Source: an uncultured bacterium (GTDB taxonomy: Bacteria; Fidelibacterota; UBA2242; JAFGTP01). From it: DNA of 64,000 nucleotides. Below, piece after piece: positions 11,601-18,598 of this stretch. Position numbers and translations under genes: made by a program. Within the stretch, counting starts at the first letter, position 1. Every line of letters starts with the position of its first letter. The stretch covers positions 17,360 through 81,359 of the forward strand of contig CAZCHS010000003.1 in NCBI GenBank assembly GCA_964498725.1, in the 5' to 3' direction. Under the pieces are notes generated by a model. It saw only the letters and a list, made by a program, of their open reading frames with translations. It was not told where the DNA came from and ran no database searches.

Positions 11601-12055
11601 TGTATGTTGACGGGGCAACACCTCCGTACGGCAATAAAGTATACTTTGCATTGAATAAACCCAATACCGGTGCAGATGAATTTACTTTTACATCAACCGC
11701 ACCGACTCTTGATGACAAAGAACTGGCCAAAGATGCTGTGAAAAAGATCAATGTTTTTCCGAATCCTTACTATGCTAGCAATGATTTAGCGACTACACGT
11801 TTTGATAATTATGTAACCTTTACTCATTTGCCAGAAAAAGCAACAGTCAGAATATTTAACCTGGCTGGTATTCAGGTTCGAGTTCTGGAAAAGAATAGCT
11901 CTAATCAATTCCTTGAATGGGATCTTCAAAATGAAGCAGGCCTTCCGGTAGGTAGCGGAATGTACATTGCTTATGTCGATCTTCCTGATCTGGGTAAAGA
12001 AAAAGTGCTTAAACTTGCCATCATCCAAAAAGAACAAATTCTTGAATACTATTAA
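8696..12055 (+). CDS. Large secreted protein (1119 aa) with a T9SS-type C-terminal sorting domain; function unknown
   Basis: Strong RBS (AAGGAGA) and an N-terminal signal or anchor. The last ~95 aa are INVFPNPYYASND...ATVRIFNLAGIQVRVLEK...GMYIAYVDL...KLAIIQ. This matches the P-N-P ... [IV]-x-[IV]-[FY]-[ND]-x-x-G ... G-[VM]-Y pattern of T9SS CTDs. I recognised no catalytic motif. Confidence 0.75.
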   Translation: MRKFKIVVTLLIVISLAMGLMAREPEGFVPRPMEKTSLNQTNRTMSNISNWGYWMYASGKSAQKPNGNSGGVYPRGTAGAIYQDGLVWAGKFDGQEDDIRLGGVTYSIGTTAGWINDDGSAASPSDERVKIWRIRPDYETLTYDQVRNDAMELNELSKPGEVTDAMCQAVIDQYKEDWENWPVDLGAPYVDVNGDGEYNGDDYPGIADADQVVWQVTNDLDRTACLSLGGSEPMGIELQITAWAYAQPGARLGQIIFKKYKFINKSGKDITDMYVSQWADPDLGNAADDFVGCDTTLSLGYAYNGEKTDSDYDAFDLAPAAFGYDFFQGPMVDGVAGQDLNRNGVDDAEDYAVFDLKQVGPGKINLPMSSFGWFAAGSPIEDPTLGEYEGTLQWYNLMRGFKPTDDIDDPSPWRLGNIDGNPTTKFPMAGDPVAGEGYIDGKDEYFPPGDRRMCLTAGPFDFADGETQEVVVAVLGGLGDDNLSSITDLKMTDQIAQTLYNKAFAGIPKAPKGPEATIVPFEDEIVIDWGSNLDAVAATEDRVIAGYEFEGYNVYQLPKSSSSINDAKKIATFDKVNGVTTIMGKKFLSQYGAEVMVPVQKGLDKGVQRYMRIDEDHITGKPLYEGKTYYFAVTAYNYNASPTLIEAKSLESSLVGQSVVVQEPKPGDEMSEEHGNQFDITHDGPSDGQVSVQVIDPNKLTGDSYTIFFELDTDTNSVTYDEYVWGVKDGSGNVIFDGEPQAADLEGAASAPIFDGLQVRVAGPALGLKAVYETDADGNIVDDAVTPFFGPSLGTTGYLLSNRGGAINQEPFNLDFDRFGYWGMDDLEIDFTEESLTWEYINEIVNVDAETGDPYYAPFSIYRHVFATGEKQRLFAGFYDSDGSGTWNMPQDEDGAYHWEGPIYEAPSYEPIYAWVGADANGNEINYDPANEAQYINDNSLATSANTTWGGGTHPVFHYPYLTGALFTMYVDGATPPYGNKVYFALNKPNTGADEFTFTSTAPTLDDKELAKDAVKKINVFPNPYYASNDLATTRFDNYVTFTHLPEKATVRIFNLAGIQVRVLEKNSSNQFLEWDLQNEAGLPVGSGMYIAYVDLPDLGKEKVLKLAIIQKEQILEYY

Positions 12056-12102
12056 GATTAAGAATTTGATTGGTATGATAAATTTAAATAAAGGAGTATA
12101 AA

Positions 12103-13158
12103 ATGAGGATTGGAAATACAAATAAGATATTAGTTATCTTCCTTATATTGGCAATGACAAGTTCATTGCTGGTAGCGGGTGATCCTGCTCGAGTCGGTAC
12201 TTCCAGCGGCGACCAGGTGAAAGTGCCTGTTGGAAGCAGAAATCTGGCTATGGGTGGCGCTGACATCGCTACTACAAAAAATATTGACGCGATTTTCTGG
12301 AATCCTGCAGGACTGGGTGAACTTCAGTCCGGTAGTGTTGCAGGTCTATTTTCTAACCAACGATGGATTGCAGACATTAGTACAAACTATTTTGCAATGG
12401 GTTTTAATGTTGGTCTGGGTGTTCTGGGAATCAGTCTAAAAAGTTTTAACTTTGGTGATATCGATGTAACCACTATTGAAAATATGGATGGTACAGGGGA
12501 TACCTATAGCCCGACCTTTGCAACCGGTGGAATCACTTTTGCCAGAGCTTTAACCGATAGAATTAATTTTGGAATTACCGGGAAACTTATTTACGAAAGT
12601 CTGCCCAGATCCAGCGCCAGCGCTCTTGCTATTGATTTTGGTATTCAGTACAAAGACCTGCTGGATGTATCTGGTTTAAACCTTGGACTTTCAGTAAGAA
12701 ATGTCGGATCTGACATGGAATATGGCGGATCAGCATTACTGGGTGAAGCTAAAGATGAAGTTCCTTCTGCTTCAACAAGTTATACCGACTTCAGAAGAAA
12801 ACCATCTTTGGAATCACCATTGCCCACGACTATGGACATGGGGCTTTCCTATATTCTTCCTGTTGGTGTCGGCAATGTAACTCTGGCCGGTAATTTTCAG
12901 CATAACAACCTGGAAAATGACCAGGTTATGTTTGGCGGAGAATTTGAACTCTCTAAAATGCTATTCCTGAGAGCCGGATATATCTATACAGTTGAAGATG
13001 CTGACTATGAAGATCTCGGTGTTAATGTTTCCAGCTTGTCACTGGGTATAGGGTTCAATTACAGCCTGATGGGTGTGAATACCATCTTTGGTTATTCCTA
13101 CAGACCTATGGAATACTTTGATGCCAACAACACCTTTACTTTAGGGTTTGAGTTCTAA
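12103..13158 (+). CDS. PorV/PorQ-family (FadL-like) outer-membrane beta-barrel protein
   Basis: Signal peptide present. The N-terminal motif is VGSRNLAMGGADIATTKNIDAIFWNPAGLG, the S/A-R-x-x-A/G-M-G-G-A ... NPAGL signature shared with 33400-34623. The sequence shows an alternating beta-strand pattern and ends in TLGFEF. Confidence 0.6.
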   Translation: MRIGNTNKILVIFLILAMTSSLLVAGDPARVGTSSGDQVKVPVGSRNLAMGGADIATTKNIDAIFWNPAGLGELQSGSVAGLFSNQRWIADISTNYFAMGFNVGLGVLGISLKSFNFGDIDVTTIENMDGTGDTYSPTFATGGITFARALTDRINFGITGKLIYESLPRSSASALAIDFGIQYKDLLDVSGLNLGLSVRNVGSDMEYGGSALLGEAKDEVPSASTSYTDFRRKPSLESPLPTTMDMGLSYILPVGVGNVTLAGNFQHNNLENDQVMFGGEFELSKMLFLRAGYIYTVEDADYEDLGVNVSSLSLGIGFNYSLMGVNTIFGYSYRPMEYFDANNTFTLGFEF

Positions 13159-13176
13159 TATATACTAGTCTCCATC

Positions 13177-13209
13177 AAAAAAGGCGGTTTTTCGAAACCG
13201 CCTTTTTTG
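13177..13209 (+). terminator. Rho-independent terminator after the PorV-family gene
   Basis: A 10-bp stem pairs AAGGCGGTTT with AAACCGCCTT, with loop TTCG, followed by a T-tract. Confidence 0.75.
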
Positions 13210-13250
13210 TTTATAAAGCCTCATAAAAAGAATGTCCGCTATTTATTTCG

Positions 13251-13282
13251 GGAGCGCGGATTTTCAAATCCGCAATTGATGT
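13251..13282 (+). repeat. 32-nt interspersed repeat (family F), copy 1
   Basis: GGAGCGCGGATTTTCAAATCCGCAATTGATGT is 31/32 identical to 14526-14557. It contains the hairpin GCGGATTT-TCAA-AATCCGC. Confidence 0.8.
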
Positions 13283-13454
13283 CAATTCCGCGTGTCTGCA
13301 GGGCTGGCAATTTATGGGAAACAAGGGGTTGTAATCCCATTGTCAAACAGAAAAAGTAGCAGCCTACCTGTGGGTTATAATCCCACGCAACATATTTTAG
13401 AAATCATACAGTATTTGTGCATTGTAACGCCTATAAAATCTTTATATCTCATAT

Positions 13455-13477
13455 ATAATAATCATTTCGATTATTAT
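13455..13477. promoter_or_regulatory. Candidate Fur/PerR-family operator upstream of the peroxiredoxin gene
   Basis: A perfect 9-bp inverted repeat, ATAATAATC-ATTTC-GATTATTAT, lies ~107 nt upstream of ATG 13584. It is AT-rich and resembles Fur/PerR-box half-sites (ATAATnATTAT). Confidence 0.3.
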
Positions 13478-13583
13478 TTGACTGATATTTGATTTTCTAA
13501 ATAATTGCGTATACATTCTTATTTGGTACTCAACAAAAATAATAGAAGAATGGATACACGTTTAAACAAAAAGGAGAAGCGTT

Positions 13584-14267
13584 ATGGAAGAAACAAAAAA
13601 TGAAACCTACAGCATGCCATTAATTGGTGATGATGCACCGGAATTCACAGCTACGACAACTCAGGGTGAGATTAATTTTCCGAAAGATTACAAAGGCAAA
13701 TGGGTGATCCTGTTCAGCCATCCGGCGGATTTTACACCGGTATGTACGACGGAATTTATGACCTTCGCATCCATGCAGGAAGAATTCAAAAAAATCAATA
13801 CGGAACTCATTGGCCTGTCAATCGATTCGCTATATGCGCATATCGCCTGGCTGAGAACTATTAAAGAAAAAATTGAATTCAAAGGTATGAAGGATGTGGA
13901 AGTCAATTTTCCACTGATTGAAGACCTGAGAATGGAAGTGGCAAAAAAATACGGCATGGTACAGCCTAATGCTTCAACAACCCAGGCTGTAAGAGCGGTA
14001 TTTGTCATTGATCCCAAAGCAAAAGTCAGAGCTGTTATCTATTACCCCCTATCCAATGGGCGGAATATGGATGAGATCAAACGCCTGATACTGGCGATGC
14101 AAAAATCCGACAAGGATGGCGTGGCTACACCGGCGAACTGGCAACCGGGTGATGATGTGATCATACCGCCGCCGGGATCCTGCGGAATGGCCAAAGACCG
14201 AGTTGAAAAAAAGGAAGAAGGGAAATATTGCCTGGATTGGTTTATCTGCTTCAAAAAAGATAAATAG
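13584..14267 (+). CDS. Peroxiredoxin, Prx6-like subfamily
   Basis: 227 aa. The peroxidatic Cys context is FSHPADFTPVCTTE. The C-terminal CLDWFIC pair of cysteines resembles the C-x-D-W-x-x-C tail I recall from archaeal or thermophile Prx. RBS is AAGGAGA. Confidence 0.9.
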   Translation: MEETKNETYSMPLIGDDAPEFTATTTQGEINFPKDYKGKWVILFSHPADFTPVCTTEFMTFASMQEEFKKINTELIGLSIDSLYAHIAWLRTIKEKIEFKGMKDVEVNFPLIEDLRMEVAKKYGMVQPNASTTQAVRAVFVIDPKAKVRAVIYYPLSNGRNMDEIKRLILAMQKSDKDGVATPANWQPGDDVIIPPPGSCGMAKDRVEKKEEGKYCLDWFICFKKDK

Positions 14268-14290
14268 TAAATTCATATATTTCGCTAAAA

Positions 14291-14324
14291 GCCTTCCGTG
14301 AAAGTTTTGCGGAGGGCTTTTTTT
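14291..14324 (+). terminator. Rho-independent terminator after the peroxiredoxin gene
   Basis: An 8-bp stem pairs GCCTTCCG with CGGAGGGC (one G-U), with an 11-nt loop and then T7. The T-tract runs into the TTAA flank of the MITE-like element. Confidence 0.65.
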
Positions 14325-14515
14325 AACCTGGATTATTCACGAATTTTCAAATTTTTTAACCAATGTGTATAAAATTAATAGTTTACAAAAGAAACAATAA
14401 AAAACTGATTTGAAAAATTCATAGAATGATATACAGGTTAATCCCGATAGTTTCTACAGGAAACGTATCGGCGCGAAGAGGGCATTGTTCATATTTTTAT
14501 GAATAATGCAGTTAA
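14323..14515 (+). mobile_element. MITE-like element, copy A (~190 nt, non-coding)
   Basis: The terminal inverted repeats are TTAACCTGGATTATTCAc and ATGAATAATGCAGTTAA. The right ~95 nt are nearly identical to copy B (48325-48518), while the left half is more diverged. There is no ORF. Confidence 0.65.
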
Positions 14516-14525
14516 AACGATAGCC

Positions 14526-14557
14526 GGAGCGCCGATTTTCAAATCCGCAATTGATGT
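14526..14557 (+). repeat. 32-nt interspersed repeat (family F), copy 2
   Basis: GGAGCGCCGATTTTCAAATCCGCAATTGATGT has one mismatch to 13251-13282. Confidence 0.8.
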
Positions 14558-15094
14558 GGAATGTGGAATACAATTTCGTGCTCCGACCAGACGACTATTT
14601 CAGGAGAGTCAGGATTACAATCACTTGTTTAAAGAGGCAGAGTGGGTAGGGGCATGCAGTTTGGAAGTCCGCTGAAGCGGACTGGTTTGTTGTGGTGGTA
14701 CTTTTTTTCACCATACTAAAGTATGGTGCTAGGCTGAGAGCGCCTTTTATAACAGTATGCCATCATGGAATTTGGATTGGTAGGATTCCCTAAAATTATG
14801 GTATAAATCTGCGTGCATTCAATTGATCCGCGAGTAAAAAATCAAATCTGTGTTTTTTGCACCAATCCTCGGAGTAATGACAATTCAGGAATGGAAACTT
14901 CTGAAGGTTTACCTTGTAAGCGGAGTGGGGCATTATTTCTGAGAGTTGGGAATATTTCGGGTAGCCTTCGGAAGATTTTAGGGACTTTCCCCAACGGGGA
15001 AACATAGCCCAGCATAGGGCGCACTGAAATGAAGCCCTATGATAAAGCATCTATATGTAAGATTTTCCCTGAAGGGGAAACAGGGTTTTCCCAT

Positions 15095-15133
15095 GAACAC
15101 CATTTCAAAGGTCTGAGGACCATTTGAAAGGAG
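15095..15133 (+). repeat. Interspersed repeat family C, copy 1
   Basis: GAACACCATTTCAAAGGTCTGAGGACCATTTGAAAGGAG recurs at 54282-54320 (+) and 43277-43311 (-). Confidence 0.8.
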
Positions 15134-15287
15134 TAAAATTATCCGCGTACATTTATATCAAGGATAGACAACAAAAGACATTCTCTTTTGCAGTATCAAT
15201 TCCCGAAAGCTAAAAAATTCTCCTTCCAAATTCCCAAATATTTATTAGATTTCTTTACCGAATGAAAATTTAAAAAAGAGGGAGAAA

Positions 15288-16886
15288 ATGGAGAATAAGG
15301 AAAACAAAAAAATTAAAAAAACACTTGGTCGTGTGATCAGTGATGCTTTTAAAGAACTTGGTGAAACCCTAGCCGCTTTCGTGAAAGCGCCGCGTGCTTT
15401 GTGGGGCATTAATATTCCTTACGTATTGGAAGGATTGGTCTATTTTGGAATTTTGACAATACTTGGAAAATTCTGCTCGGAAAATATCAAAATGACCGAT
15501 ATACAGGCCGGCTGGGTCTACTCGCTGGTAACCGGCGGAATTACCTTTGCCATGGTACTATTGGGCGGCTATACTGACAAATTAGGCATTCGTAAATCAT
15601 TGACAATTGCTCTAGGATCAATGCTGGTGGGTCGTGTTATTATCGCATTGGCCGGGACCTTTCCAATGGGTTCGGGAATATTATCGCCAATGTTTTTGTT
15701 TGTCGCCATCGGCCTGTTGTTAATGGTCGCCGGTTATGGTCTCTATCAACCGGCTGCCTATGCCGGCGTAAAACGTTATACCGGACCAAAGACCGCTTCC
15801 ATGGGATATGCGGTAATTTATGCCCTGATGAATCTGGGAGCGTTTTTATCGGGATTTTTAGGTTCTTTTACCAGAAATACTTTTGAAGATGTGGCCCCGC
15901 CTAATGGACTGCCGGCGGTTTTTTGGGTTTACGCTATTATTACCGCCCTGGCACTGACGATCTGTTTTGTGATCATTTCCAAAAAGGCTGACCTTTTCGC
16001 CTACAAAAATGCCAGGCAGGAACGGGCCGACGCCAAAGAAGCCAGGGGAGAGAAGCCGGAAAGCGCCAAAAAACCGGAAGCAAAGATCAACAATCGAAAT
16101 TTTTTATTCTATTTAACAGGCACTGTCGTTCTCTTTGTGTTATTTATTCTGCTTAAGGCCGGAACCATTGATCCGGGGGTATTGGAGCCTATCGCGACAA
16201 ACGTGGTATTATTATTAGCTATTCTGGGAGCAGCAATCAGCATCTGGGAATTTTTACGGAAACGTCCTGATCATCCCTTTCGTGATTTGCGCTTTATCTT
16301 TTTTATTTTTGCGCTGATCCCGGTGCAGACACTTTTTGCCCATAACTGGCTGACTATTCCCTATTACCTGGACCGGGCGTTTCAGGGGTCGGTGGTTGGA
16401 GAATATTTTGAGGTTTTTGCCAATCTTAATCCGATCCTGATCTTTATTTTGGCGCCAATCGTTGCCGGGCTGACCGCCAAAGCCAATATTTATAAGATGA
16501 TGATCTACGGAACCCTGGTTATGGCCCTACCTGCCTTTTTGTTGACCACTGGTCCGAATTTGGTCTTATTTCTAACCTACATTCTGCTGATGTCAATCGG
16601 TGAAGCCATGTGGCAGCCGCGTTTTTTGCAATGGATCGCGGAGATCGCCCCCGAGGGTAAAACCGGCGCCTATATGGGAATCGGCCAAATGCCCTGGTTT
16701 TTGACAAAAGTGGTTACAGGACTGTACTCCGGCATTTTTATTACCAAATATTGCCCCAGGCCGGAATTGGGACTGGAGCAACAGACCGGTAAAATGTGGC
16801 TGTTCCACGCTATGATCGCCATGGTGTCACCTATCGCCTTGATATTGGCGAAAAAGTGGATGACATCGGACAATAAGAATATGTAA
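15288..16886 (+). CDS. MFS-type polytopic transporter, possibly a POT/peptide-transporter relative
   Basis: 532 aa with about 12-14 hydrophobic spans. The MFS motif-A-like segment is GGYTDKLGIRKSL. A charged central loop (ERADAKEARGEKPESAKKPEAK) is present. It lies directly upstream of a C69 dipeptidase. The peptide specificity is inference from context. Confidence 0.7.
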   Translation: MENKENKKIKKTLGRVISDAFKELGETLAAFVKAPRALWGINIPYVLEGLVYFGILTILGKFCSENIKMTDIQAGWVYSLVTGGITFAMVLLGGYTDKLGIRKSLTIALGSMLVGRVIIALAGTFPMGSGILSPMFLFVAIGLLLMVAGYGLYQPAAYAGVKRYTGPKTASMGYAVIYALMNLGAFLSGFLGSFTRNTFEDVAPPNGLPAVFWVYAIITALALTICFVIISKKADLFAYKNARQERADAKEARGEKPESAKKPEAKINNRNFLFYLTGTVVLFVLFILLKAGTIDPGVLEPIATNVVLLLAILGAAISIWEFLRKRPDHPFRDLRFIFFIFALIPVQTLFAHNWLTIPYYLDRAFQGSVVGEYFEVFANLNPILIFILAPIVAGLTAKANIYKMMIYGTLVMALPAFLLTTGPNLVLFLTYILLMSIGEAMWQPRFLQWIAEIAPEGKTGAYMGIGQMPWFLTKVVTGLYSGIFITKYCPRPELGLEQQTGKMWLFHAMIAMVSPIALILAKKWMTSDNKNM

Positions 16887-16902
16887 TTTGACCATTACAC
16901 TT

Positions 16903-16946
16903 TTAACCTGCATTATTCATATTTTTTTATGAATAATGCAGGGTAA
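16903..16946 (+). repeat. Solo hairpin made of the two MITE terminal inverted repeats
   Basis: TTAACCTGCATTATTCAT-ATTTTTTT-ATGAATAATGCAGGGTAA forms a 16-bp perfect stem. It sits 17 nt after the transporter stop and 14 nt before ATG 16960. Confidence 0.8.
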
Positions 16947-16959
16947 GTCTGAGGGTATT

Positions 16960-18390
16960 ATGAAAAAATTATTTTTCATTCTGGTAATTTTTATTTCTGT
17001 TATATTTGCCGACAATGGCCTGAATTGTTTCACTGTCATCGCCGGAAAAGAGTGCACTCTGGATGGTTCTGTCCTGATCGGACACAATGAAGATGATACC
17101 GGTGATCAAATCGTTAACATGTACAAGGTTCCGGCGCAAAGGCATTCCCCGGAAGAGAGTATCACATTAGTCAATGGCGGGCAGTGCAGGCAGGTGGATC
17201 AAACCCACGCTTATGTCTGGCTGGAAATGCCGGGGATGGAGTTTGCCGACAGTTATCTCAATGAACATGGTGTTGTGATTGTCTCAAATAATTGCCGGTC
17301 ACGGGAAGATGAACCGGAATTAACTGAAGGAGGTATCGGCTACTGGTTGCGAAGAATTATGGCGGAACGGGCAAAATCAGCCCGGGAGGCCGTGAAAATC
17401 GGTGGCGCTTTGGTTGAGAAATTTGGCTATAGCGCCTCGGGCCGCAGCTATTGTATTGCGGATCCCAATGAGGCCTGGGTCATGTCCGTTGTTAATGGCA
17501 AGCAGTGGGTGGCGCAGCGAGTACCCGATGACCGGGTAATGGCCATTCCAAATTACTATACTATCAAAGAAGTTGACCTGTCAGACAGTGAAAATTTTCT
17601 CGGGTCTGATAATTTAATCGATTATGCCACTGAGCGTGGATGGTATCAGCCGGCAGAAAAAAAGTCCTTTAATTTTCGGCAGGTCTATGGTCGTGAAAAA
17701 ACGATCAATCATCCCGGTAATATCAATCGTCACTGGATGGCTGTGAATCTATTGTCGGATAAATCCTTTGAGCGGAATGACAAACTTCCCTTTTCATTTT
17801 ATCCGTCCAATAAGCTCCAACTGACCGATATCTTTGGTCTGCTGAGAAACCACTATGAAGGGACGGATCTGGAATCTTTCAGCCGTAGTAAAACACCCCA
17901 CGAAAATGACAACCGGCCGATTTGTACCTTGTCAACGCAATATGCGTTTGTGGCAAAACTAGACGCGAACAAGCCGAAAGCATTGCAGAGTGTCATGTGG
18001 TACGCGCCAATCCAGCCCTGTCTGCATCCCTTTGTGCCGGTTTATATTAATTTGACCGATTTCCCGGCGAGTTTCGCCTATGGCGATTATAAAAAGGCCT
18101 TATCACTGCATTTTGATGATAATTATTATGAGCAACAGGATAATATCCAAGGACACAGTTTTTTGAATTTTGTGGAATTTTCCAAGTGGATCAACCAGGC
18201 CTATTATGAACGCAGCCATTCTTTGGTTCAGCAAAATACCCAGTTTGAACTGGAACTGATCAAAAAACACAAAACCTTTGAGGAAGAATTACTGGAAATC
18301 TATCGCAGTGATCCTAAAAAAGCCATTCGCAAAATGACGCAATACAGTCATGAAAATCTGAAAACGCTAGTCAGTCTGCAGTTTGATTAA
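16960..18390 (+). CDS. Peptidase family C69 dipeptidase, secreted form
   Basis: I prefer the start at ATG 16960 (MKKLFFILVIFISVIFA signal peptide). The track start at 16936 lies inside the repeat hairpin. The C69 N-terminal nucleophile context is C-FTVIAGKECTLDGSVLIGHNEDD. Confidence 0.85.
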   Translation: MKKLFFILVIFISVIFADNGLNCFTVIAGKECTLDGSVLIGHNEDDTGDQIVNMYKVPAQRHSPEESITLVNGGQCRQVDQTHAYVWLEMPGMEFADSYLNEHGVVIVSNNCRSREDEPELTEGGIGYWLRRIMAERAKSAREAVKIGGALVEKFGYSASGRSYCIADPNEAWVMSVVNGKQWVAQRVPDDRVMAIPNYYTIKEVDLSDSENFLGSDNLIDYATERGWYQPAEKKSFNFRQVYGREKTINHPGNINRHWMAVNLLSDKSFERNDKLPFSFYPSNKLQLTDIFGLLRNHYEGTDLESFSRSKTPHENDNRPICTLSTQYAFVAKLDANKPKALQSVMWYAPIQPCLHPFVPVYINLTDFPASFAYGDYKKALSLHFDDNYYEQQDNIQGHSFLNFVEFSKWINQAYYERSHSLVQQNTQFELELIKKHKTFEEELLEIYRSDPKKAIRKMTQYSHENLKTLVSLQFD

Positions 18391-18598
18391 AAGTAAAAAT
18401 AGTGAAGCAGAGTTGCGGCATTATTCGTAATGGTCTCAGTGTGACCAGCTCGAGTCCGCCCCTATCATCCCCAGCGGCTTTAAGATTTTTATCAAGTGTT
18501 CCGCGATCAACGCAGTTAAATAATTATAAGAATAAAAATTACTGTTTGATTGTAGGAATTTAATTATCTAAATTATCCCTTGTTTATTTACGTAGAAA

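Noticed and set aside
13292-13492. A 66-aa ORF in the prx upstream region.
   Set aside because: It has a GTG start without an RBS, runs through repeat and promoter DNA, and has low-complexity sequence.
14796-15050. Three overlapping 60-84-aa ORFs on both strands in the 1-kb non-coding region.
   Set aside because: They mutually overlap in hairpin-rich repeat DNA and have no RBS. The stop-free frames are explained by local GC-rich palindromes. The region is treated as a non-coding finding instead.
16960-17040. A signal peptide followed by DNGLN before the C69 nucleophile Cys, considered as an unusual propeptide.
   Set aside because: Secreted C69/Ntn-type enzymes commonly carry short pro-segments removed autocatalytically, so this is not distinctive enough to report as a finding.
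18391-18598. A possible ZTP (pfl) or purine riboswitch upstream of purNH, and a tRNA-like T-arm fragment (GCTCGAGTCCGCCCC).
   Set aside because: I could not find the conserved ZTP pseudoknot elements (…ACUGGCG… / CCGCCUGGGC) or the purine-riboswitch core. GTGACCAGC and CCGCCCC are only superficial matches. The T-arm-like string lacks a complementary stem. An Infernal scan would settle this.
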